Shown here one piece after another: positions 15,961-24,700 of a stretch of 32,000 nt of DNA. This stretch comes from Flavobacteriaceae bacterium. Lineage in GTDB: Bacteria; Bacteroidota; Bacteroidia; Flavobacteriales; Flavobacteriaceae. The stretch spans positions 3,030,001 through 3,062,000 of the forward strand of contig OZ245049.1 of NCBI GenBank assembly GCA_965224465.1, read 5' to 3'. Below the pieces are notes generated by a model, which saw only the letters and a program-made list of their open reading frames with translations, searched no databases and was not told the DNA's origin. How positions within the stretch are numbered: position 1 is the first letter of the stretch; each line of letters begins with the position of its first letter. A program made the translations under genes and the position numbers.

Positions 15961-17307
15961 ATGAACAATCAAACACAAAAAGAATTTATACTTACGGGAA
16001 AAATGTGGCCTGTTATGTGGAAACTTTCATGGCCAGCTATTATAGCAATGGTTTTATATGGATTTAATGTATTGCTGGATGCAATTTTTGTAGGAACTTT
16101 TGTAGGTGAAAATGCATTGGCAGGGGTTTCAATTGTATATCCTTTGGCGTCTTTTACTATGGGAATAGGTTCCTTGGTAGGCGTTGGAGCAGGGTCTCTA
16201 TTAAGTATTGCTTTAGGGGCGAATGATATAGAAAAACAAAAACGTCTTTTGGGAAATTTTAATTCTTTGAATATTATATGTACCGTTATTTACATGATTC
16301 TGGCATTGATTTTTGCAGAACCGTTAGTAAAAATGATGGGAGGTACAGGTTCTCCACTGGAGTATGGAGTTAGCTATTTTAGAATCAGTATAATTGGTTC
16401 GTTTTTCTGGATTTATGGATTGTCTGCAAATATGGTGGTTAGAGCAGAAGGAAAGATGAAAAAAGCTGCTCTGATGATGGGAATTGGCTTGGTTGTAAAC
16501 ACCGTGTTTAATTATATTTTTGTTGTACTCCTAGACTATGGAGTGGCGGGAGCTTCTTGGGCATCAAATATTGGGATGTTTATATATTCTTTACTAGGAT
16601 ATCTATATTTTAGAAAAGGTAAAACATCCTTTCCTGCTTTTCCAAAAACATTGTATTGGGATAAAGAAATAATCAAATCTATTTTCTCTATGGGAGCTCC
16701 TTCATTGATTATGACGGTGATGACTATTGTACAGGCAATTGTTATCTTTAATGCATTAGCGAACTATGGATCTATTTTTGAAATTGCATTTTATGGTGCT
16801 ACCTTTAGGATCATAAATTTCTTAATGACGCCACTTTATGGACTTATGCGTGCATTACAACCCGTAGTCGGAATTAATTATGGTGGAGGGCACTACCGAA
16901 GAGTGATACAGAGTTTTTGGGTTTTTACAATCACCGGTGGATTTATAATACTTCCTATCTGGCTAATAATGATGGCACTTCCCGATATCGCATTAGGAAC
17001 TATGTTAGTCAATAGTAGTTTTACGACAGAAAGTATATGGAATTTTAGAATGATTATTTCTGTACTCCCTTTTATGCCAATTGTTTTTATGGCAATGAGC
17101 TTTTTTCCTGCGATTGATAAAGGAAAACCCGCAGCAATTATTGGAATCGCAAGGCAATTAATTTTTTATGTCCCCATGATGCTTATTTTACCGTCTATAT
17201 TTGGAACACAATCTATATACTGGGGATCCGCCTTAATAGATGTAGTGATTGTTGTCTATACAATGGTGTTGGTACTGTTGGAATTTAGGCGTTTAAAAGC
17301 ATTGTAA
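15961..17307 (+). CDS. MATE family efflux transporter
   Basis: About 12 predicted hydrophobic helices. The N-terminus WKLSWPAIIAMVLYGFNVLLDAIFVG and the internal repeat SMGAPSLIMTVMTIVQAIVIF are typical of the MATE/NorM family. ATG at 15961 is preferred over the TTG at 15919 listed in the ORF track. Confidence 0.8.
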   Translation: MNNQTQKEFILTGKMWPVMWKLSWPAIIAMVLYGFNVLLDAIFVGTFVGENALAGVSIVYPLASFTMGIGSLVGVGAGSLLSIALGANDIEKQKRLLGNFNSLNIICTVIYMILALIFAEPLVKMMGGTGSPLEYGVSYFRISIIGSFFWIYGLSANMVVRAEGKMKKAALMMGIGLVVNTVFNYIFVVLLDYGVAGASWASNIGMFIYSLLGYLYFRKGKTSFPAFPKTLYWDKEIIKSIFSMGAPSLIMTVMTIVQAIVIFNALANYGSIFEIAFYGATFRIINFLMTPLYGLMRALQPVVGINYGGGHYRRVIQSFWVFTITGGFIILPIWLIMMALPDIALGTMLVNSSFTTESIWNFRMIISVLPFMPIVFMAMSFFPAIDKGKPAAIIGIARQLIFYVPMMLILPSIFGTQSIYWGSALIDVVIVVYTMVLVLLEFRRLKAL

Positions 17308-17382
17308 TTTCAAAATAGTTTACAGTGGTTATTTGGAACCGAGTATAGGATTAACTTATGTAGATGCATTACCTAGTGTATT

Positions 17383-18009
17383 ATGATAGAAATAAGGCTG
17401 TTTAATTGTGATGATTTTGAAGATTCATTATATCAGGAATTATTATATTCAGTATCCAAAGAGATACAAAAAAAACTGAATGGCTTTGTTTTTATAAAAG
17501 ACCGAAAACGGAGCCTTTTGGGGAAATTAATGGTTCGGAAATATTGTATTGAGAATAACATGCCCTTTGATTGGACTGATTGGAAGATCGATGCTTTTGG
17601 AAAGCCATTCTTATCTAATGGCTTGTTTTTTAACATATCGCATTCGGAAAAATATGTTTGTGTTGCCTTTTCTAATACTTGTATTGGGGTAGATATAGAA
17701 ATTGTAAAACCATTAAAGGTAGATGGATTGTTGCATTTTTTTCATCAAGACGAGCAAGATTATATGCAGTCTTCCCAGGGTAAATTAGATACTTTTTATA
17801 CCATTTGGACCAGAAAGGAAGCCTATTTAAAAGCGAAAGGAGTAGGCTTGTCAGAGTCCTTAAACAAAGTGAGTTGCTTAAGCAATTGTATTGTGCAAGA
17901 AAAAGTGTGGTTCATACATACCTTAGAGGTTATTTCTGGATATAAAACGGCTATTTGCACTCCTCTAGCTTTTGTAAATATCCAGATTGTCTTAAACCCC
18001 AACTTGTAA
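17383..18009 (+). CDS. Sfp-type 4'-phosphopantetheinyl transferase
   Basis: Motifs are FFNISHSEKYVCVAF (motif 1), IGVDIEIV (GxDxE) and WTRKEAYLKAKG (W/FxxKEAxxK). Confidence 0.85.
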   Translation: MIEIRLFNCDDFEDSLYQELLYSVSKEIQKKLNGFVFIKDRKRSLLGKLMVRKYCIENNMPFDWTDWKIDAFGKPFLSNGLFFNISHSEKYVCVAFSNTCIGVDIEIVKPLKVDGLLHFFHQDEQDYMQSSQGKLDTFYTIWTRKEAYLKAKGVGLSESLNKVSCLSNCIVQEKVWFIHTLEVISGYKTAICTPLAFVNIQIVLNPNL

Positions 18010-18026
18010 TATCTAAGGCGTTAATT

Positions 18027-18060
18027 ACCATCAATAATTTAAGGATTATTGATGGTTTTA
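18027..18060. terminator. Hairpin between the convergent operons; likely intrinsic terminator for the plus operon
   Basis: A perfect 12-bp stem (accatcaataat at 18027-18038, attattgatggt at 18045-18056) has a 6-nt loop and is followed by ttttaataatgttttt. The right arm encodes the last codons (..TINNP*) of the minus-strand thioesterase gene. Confidence 0.5.
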
Positions 18061-18788
18061 ATAATGTTTTTCAGGTAATTTTCACCTAGATTTTGCACGA
18101 AAAAATGATCCCCCTTAAATTCCTTTATCGTAAAATTATCTCTTGTAAGTTCTTTCCAGTAATTCATTATGGGAAGGGTAGCATCAATGTCTTCTGCTGC
18201 CGCATGTGCAACAATAGGAATGTTTATTTTTTGACTTTTATAGCTAAAATTTTCGTGTAAACGTAAATCACTTCGAATCATAGGAATTAAGAATGCGATC
18301 AATTCCTTATTGTCCAAAACTTCTTTTGGTGTCCCGTTTAAGAGTCTAAGTTCTGCAACCAATTCTTCATCACTCAATTTGCTGTGAAACTCAGAAGTAT
18401 CCATTTTATGCGGAGCATGTCTTCCAGCAACAATAATTTTTTCTGGAGAGATATTGTATTTTTTTTTCAATTGAAAAGCGGTTTCAAAAGCGATGACAGC
18501 GCCCATACTATGACCAAAAAAAGAAAAAGGAGTATGACTGTCAATTACAGGGACAATGTTTTTCATCAACTCATGTACCAAAAGGTTAAAATCTTCTATA
18601 CAGGATTCCCCAATTCTACTTCCTCTTCCGGGGAGTTCAATCGGGATAAATTCTATGGAAGTATCGTGTGTAACCCAATGTTTAAAGATACTAGAACCTC
18701 CTCCTGCATAATGAAAACAGAATACTTTAGCCTTAGATTTTTTTGAATTTCGAATTCCGTAAGGAAACCATTTATTGTTATAATTCAT
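18039..18788 (-). CDS. Type II (editing) thioesterase
   Basis: The 249-aa ORF carries FCFHYAGGGSSIFKHW, GHSMGAVIAFE (GxSxG) and GDHFF. It starts 11 nt downstream of the megasynthase stop. Confidence 0.85.
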   Translation of the reverse strand: MNYNNKWFPYGIRNSKKSKAKVFCFHYAGGGSSIFKHWVTHDTSIEFIPIELPGRGSRIGESCIEDFNLLVHELMKNIVPVIDSHTPFSFFGHSMGAVIAFETAFQLKKKYNISPEKIIVAGRHAPHKMDTSEFHSKLSDEELVAELRLLNGTPKEVLDNKELIAFLIPMIRSDLRLHENFSYKSQKINIPIVAHAAAEDIDATLPIMNYWKELTRDNFTIKEFKGDHFFVQNLGENYLKNIIKTINNP

Positions 18789-18799
18789 AGGTGTTTTTT

Positions 18800-21700
18800 T
18801 TAGTGGTTGCTTTTTTCAAGTTGAGGGATCTCTATATATTGATCCCAGTCTTCCAGTGCTATAAATTGATGTAGCATATTTTCATAGGTACGAACCATCT
18901 CTTCGATCCACTTGTTTTCAAATACGTTATCTACAATATCCCAGTTGATATGAATGGAGCCATTTCGTTCATATACCTGATGATCCATTGCTACTTGTGG
19001 CGTTTGACTAATGGCAAATACTTCTTTTAGTTCTGGTGGGTAATGGGTGTTTTTTTCTTGAGTTTCACCAAACAGTAAACTGGTAAATACGATGGGCATT
19101 AAGGCTTTTCCAGGACTGTCTTTTCCTAATCTTTTTAAAATATCCATTCCATCCTGAGTTCGATATTCTACAGCTTTCCATAGCTGTTGCTGTACCGTTT
19201 CAATTTCTTCTAGGATTGTTTTGTTATCATTTTTAAAATAAGAAATCAAGGTAACATTTGTAAAGTCTCCAAGGATTTTAGGAACATCTTTATGAATTGG
19301 AAACCTATTGAAAATAGTAAGGTTTATGGTGAAATCAGGATTTGTACTCCAGTGAGCTAGTACCTTCATAAAAATAGTACATATTACCGCAGAAGGAGTA
19401 AATCTATATTGTTTTATTTTGGAGAATAATTGTGTTGATTTTTCTGTATCCAATACAATTTTCCAACGTTTAAAAAATGGTTTTTCGATGTCTTTAAAAG
19501 CTGTTTTAAGAGGTAGGTTTGGAGCAGGGGGAATTTGTTTTATATGTGCATTCCAAAATTGTTGCGCTTCCGAGATATTACTTTGCGTATGCAGCCATTT
19601 TTCTTCTTGATTCATGTATTCTTTGAATGTGAATTTTGGGGTCGCAATTTCCTTTCCATAATAAGAAGCAAAAAGTTCTTGTACAACCATTTCTGTACTC
19701 GAAGCATCTAATAATAGACAGTCAAAACTGAAGTGTATTCTAGAAATATCAGTGCCTATCTGACTTAATTGAAGGTGAAACATAGGCCAGGTTCCAAGTT
19801 GGTAATTATGGTGAGACCATTTATTTCGAATAGTTTCTAATGCTTGTTCTGATTGTATTTGTCTTACAGGAATTGTAAAGAAAGGAACTTTTTTCATTAA
19901 TTGTTGGCTGGCATTACTGTACACTTTTGTACGTAACATCTCATGTCTTTTGATCACACCATTCCAAGCGTGTTCTAAACGTTTTGGATCCAACTGATGA
20001 CATTCTAACTCTAGGTAATAATGCGTGTTGATGTTTCCAATTTCAAAATTAGAGGACCTTCCAAATAAGTATGCTAATTGTATAGGTGTTAATTTAAAAG
20101 GTTGATATTTTCTAAGGATATGAGTAACTTGCTCCTGTTTTTTTGGTTGGATTAAAACGTGTAAAAGAGCATTTTTAGAAGCTTTTATTTTTTCTAACAA
20201 TGTTTTTGAGAGTGCGCCTTTGGGGGCTTTAAATTTCAATTTCCCTTCTTTCACATAAAGTAAGATCTCCTTATCTTTACATGTATTTAAAATAGCATCA
20301 CATGTTTTTAGAGAATCTTTATCTGCTGTTGTGTCACTGCGTAATTGTAGTTGTTCTATTTCCTGCGCAAAATCTATTTTCCCTCCTGCCATGGTGTGTA
20401 GGTAGAATTGATGAATAGAAAGGTTAAAAGACGCTTTTATTTCGTCAAAATCGTACGCTGTTAATGATGAACATCCAATATTTAAAGAAGGTGATTTACT
20501 CTCTAATAACTGACTTAGGATTCCGCTTTCTATAAAACAAATTTGTAAAGATTTGTCTTGATGGATAGGGTAGACTGCATTTAGGTCTGCAACAAAATGG
20601 ACTAAGAAGGAAGTGTTAGGCATCATGTTTCTAAAAGAAATAGATGCTATTTCTGTGATATTCCCTAACTTTATTAGAGAATGTGCCTGTACGTCTAGGT
20701 AATAGTTCCCTTGTTCGATCCCTTCAATACCTTTGTTAAAAATAGTGAGATAGGTTTGTATAGGGTAGGTTTCGCTTAGAGAATTGTAGTTGTAGCTTTT
20801 TTCTCCATAAATATTTTGTTGCAAACAGAAAGAAATAAATTTTTTGAAATTTAGATTTTCAATAGGGGAGTTTAGATAGTTGTTAAAACTATTCGTGATT
20901 GTTCCTAAAGGATTTTTTTCTTCTAAAGGAAGGTCTAAAGAAATGCTATTTTGTAATGATAAATCAGTTCTGTGTGCGCTTATAGTTTCCTTAAAGGAAA
21001 TGTATTCTTCATAATTTTCTATGGTGGTGATATTGTTTAGATATGCTTTCTGTTCTGTAGAATACAGACTAAATGGCGATGCTGCCTTGTCTGAAGGGAT
21101 CTCTTTTTCTTCAAAAGAAAATCCTTTATCGTCATAGTATGCTATAAGTTGCTTTATAGATGAATACCGAATCATTTCTCCTACAGAAGGTCTCTCTGTA
21201 AAGTGTATTTCTAACTCGTTCGCTAATTTTATCATGGCGACAGAAGAAACTCCCAAATCGGAAAAATTATCTTTAGACTTTAATTTAGGAAGTCCTAAAA
21301 TGTTTTTTATTAGGTTTAGTACAGGGTGATGCTCTTCTGCGGTATTTGAAGATATAGGTGTATTGTCACTGTTGTATTTATGATAGTATTTCAATAATTT
21401 TTTTCTGTCTACTTTTCCATTAGCACTCATCGGATAAACATCTAAACAGAGAATTTTTTCAGGTATAAAATAGTCAGGGAGCTGTGTTTTTAAGTGCATT
21501 TTGAGTTCCGTTTCAGAAAATTCTGAAGCAGGACATTTTACAAAAGCAATTAGTTTTTTATGCTCCATCTTGTCTCCAATGGGGATAATTATTGGATCGG
21601 TATTTGTTGCGTATTTTCTGAAAGCTGCTTGTATTTCTCCTATTTCTACGCGGTATCCATTTATTTTTAGCTGTGTATCTTTTCGACCTAGAAATTCGAT

Positions 21701-24700
21701 GATGTTGCCTTGACGGTAGCGGCCATAATCTCCAGTATCATAGAGTCTTTGTTGCAGTTCTTTTTCAAAAAAGAAAGCACTGTTGCTGCGTTTTTTTTCT
21801 TTTAGATATCCTGTAGCGAGCCCTTTACCTGCAATGTGTAGTTTTCCTTCTACCCATTCTGGGCACGGTCTATTAAATGTATCTAGGATATAAAATTCCT
21901 GATTTGCCAAAGGGTATCCATACGGAATGGATTTCCAGTCTGGATCAAGGACGTCTACATGGTAGTAGTTGGACCAGATAGAAGCTTCCGTAGCTCCTCC
22001 CATGCTTGTTAATGTTGCATGGGGGATTGCAGTGTTTATTTTTTGAATAAGCCCTAAGGGAATCCAGTCTCCAGAATGGATGATTTTACATAAGGAGAGG
22101 TCTTTACCTACCGTTGGATTTTTTAACATATAATCGCAGTAAATATCCATTAATGCAGGAACAGAATTCCAGATACTTACTTGGTGTTGGGAAGAAAGTG
22201 TTTTCCAACATTTAGGGTCGATACGCTCTTCTTCTGTTGGCAATACCAGCGTTCCTCCTGCATGTAGCAGTCCAAAAATGTCATATACAGAAAGGTCAAA
22301 ACTTAAGGAAGAAACTCCTAAAACACGGTCTTTTTCTGTGATTTTTAGTTTGTTGTTTACATCGATTATGGTATTCATCGCTGCTTTGTGTTGAATACAG
22401 ACTCCTTTTGGAATGCCGGTAGAACCAGAGGTGTAAATGATATATGCTAATTCTGAGGGATTGATGGCTATTGATGTATAAAGATCCTTTATAGTATCAA
22501 TATTCGGAGGCGTAAATTGTTTGACATCTAGTTTGCCAGTATCTAAAATTTGATCTGTAAAAATAGCAATTGCTTCGGATTGTTTTAGTATTTCGATTGT
22601 TCTGTTTATCGGTTGATTATATGTAAACGGAATGTAAATAGCTCCTATTTGTAAGATTCCCAGAACCACCGCAATTTGATCAAAAGATTTAGCCATTTGT
22701 AGGGCTACTTTATCTCCCTTTTTAAGGGAATTTTTTTGAAGTAAAACAGAGACTTGATTTGCTCTTTTGATTAGCTGTTTATAGGAGTATTCTTTTTGCT
22801 TGTAGATAATAGCAGTACTCTTTGGTGTTTGGAGTGCATTTGCGTAGATTTTTTCGTGTAATAACAAATTTCCAATTGGTGAAAAAGTGTTGTTTGCTTC
22901 TTGCTGAACTGCCAATTGTTTGGAAGTTCTTAAATCTGTTAAACTTTTGTCCCAGAACGTATTGTCTGTGATGGAAAGTTGTACAAGCTCGGTATATTTC
23001 TCGAACATTGCAGCTATCATATCCCTTGGGAAAACAGCATCTAAAGTATCCCACGATAAGGTAACGCCTCCATTTTGATGGTAGATTTGATGATCTATCC
23101 AAACTTGTGGAGTAGAAGAAACGGACCAGTTTATTTGGTTTAAAAACCCTTGTTGCTCATCTTGTTTAAGAGTATCAATGCCAAGGGCGCTAGTAAATAC
23201 AAAAGGATACATGCGGTTTTTGGTATCGGATTGGCTATTGAGTTTTTTTACAAATTCAATAGCCGAGTAGGTACTGTTTTCTAAGTCTGTATGCATTTGT
23301 GCTTGTATCGTAGTCCCGTTTTTTCCAGTAGCTTGTTGCTTTCTCTCAATTTCAACCAAGGTTAGTTGTGTAAAATCTCCTATGATTTCGTTGATTTGAG
23401 GATGCACATTATCTCTATTAAATACAGTGAGCATAACTGCAAAATGCGAACCACCACCCCAGGCAGAAAGCACTTCGGTATAGAGCGTTAGCAATGCAGC
23501 AGAAGGAGTCAGGTTTTTTGTTGCTGCAGATTTTATAAAAGAGTTCCATGATATTGGATCTATCCAATGCTCTCTTCTTTTGAAATGTCCTTCCACCTGT
23601 TTTTTTCCAGTATCTTTAACAGGGAGTTGTGGTGCAAGTGGGAAATGTTGTATTCTGTTTGTCCAGTATTGTTCGGCTTGATGGTATGTGTTTGTAAATG
23701 TTCGTTTGTTGTGATAATGAAGGTAATCTTTATAAGATATTTCTAAAGGATTTAAGGAAACTCCTGTGTATAAAAGATATAAGTCTTTCCAAAATATGAA
23801 GAGACTTAAAGCATCGGCAATAAGAAAATCTATCGTAAAATGGATGCGGTGCTTGTGATTTTCCAGCTCAGAAATTCGCATTTCGAACATAGGTTCTCCC
23901 AAAGGAATAATCTTGGTAGCCATTTCATCTCTTAGTTGTTGTAAATGCTCTTTTAAAGATGGTATATCCGTTTTTTTGTAGATTATAAGAGGCGTCGGGA
24001 TGGATGCTTTGATTTGTTGCTTGCCATCTTTAGAAATTATACACCGCAACATCTCATGTCTTTTGATGAGGTTTTGCAAGGCTCTATCAAAATGTTGAAT
24101 GCTTAGGTTTTCAATGTCCATTTCAAAATACGCACTGCAACTTACACCTCCCCAGTCCATTTCGTGATTTCGTCCTGCCCAATAGGCATATTGAATTTCA
24201 TTTAAAGGAAAGGATTCATGTCGTTGTTTTGGGAATGCCTGAAAGATTGAAACAGGTGTGTTATTTATTTCTTTGAGCGTGTTATGTAAGGCTTTATGCA
24301 CGATCTCAGTCCATTGGTTTATAGTGCTTTGCTTTAAAAACAAGGCGGGTTTTAAAGTAATAGCAAGGTCTTTTTTCCAAAAGGTGATTAAACGAATAAT
24401 TACAATAGAATTAAGTCCTAATAATAGTAAATTTTCATCATTTTGTAAATCTTCTTCTTCTATTTCCCATTCCTTTATAAGTGAAGTTCTTATGTAATTT
24501 TTAAGTTCAGAAATGTTTGTAAAAGTGTTGATAGTTACTTCCTGTTCTTCTTCAATATCTTCTTCGTTTTCTGGCTTTATAAGTGGGGTGTTTTTTATAA
24601 AATCCAAAATTGCAGGACTGTGTTCTTTCTCTTCTTTTGTAAGAGAAGAATTGTTGATGTTTTCTTTTATCTTTTCCCAAACAGTTGTTTTAGGAAGCGT

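Noticed and set aside
18384-18746. 120-aa plus-strand ORF opposite the type II thioesterase
   Set aside because: It is antisense to a CDS with GHSMG and GDHF motifs, and it has no motifs of its own.
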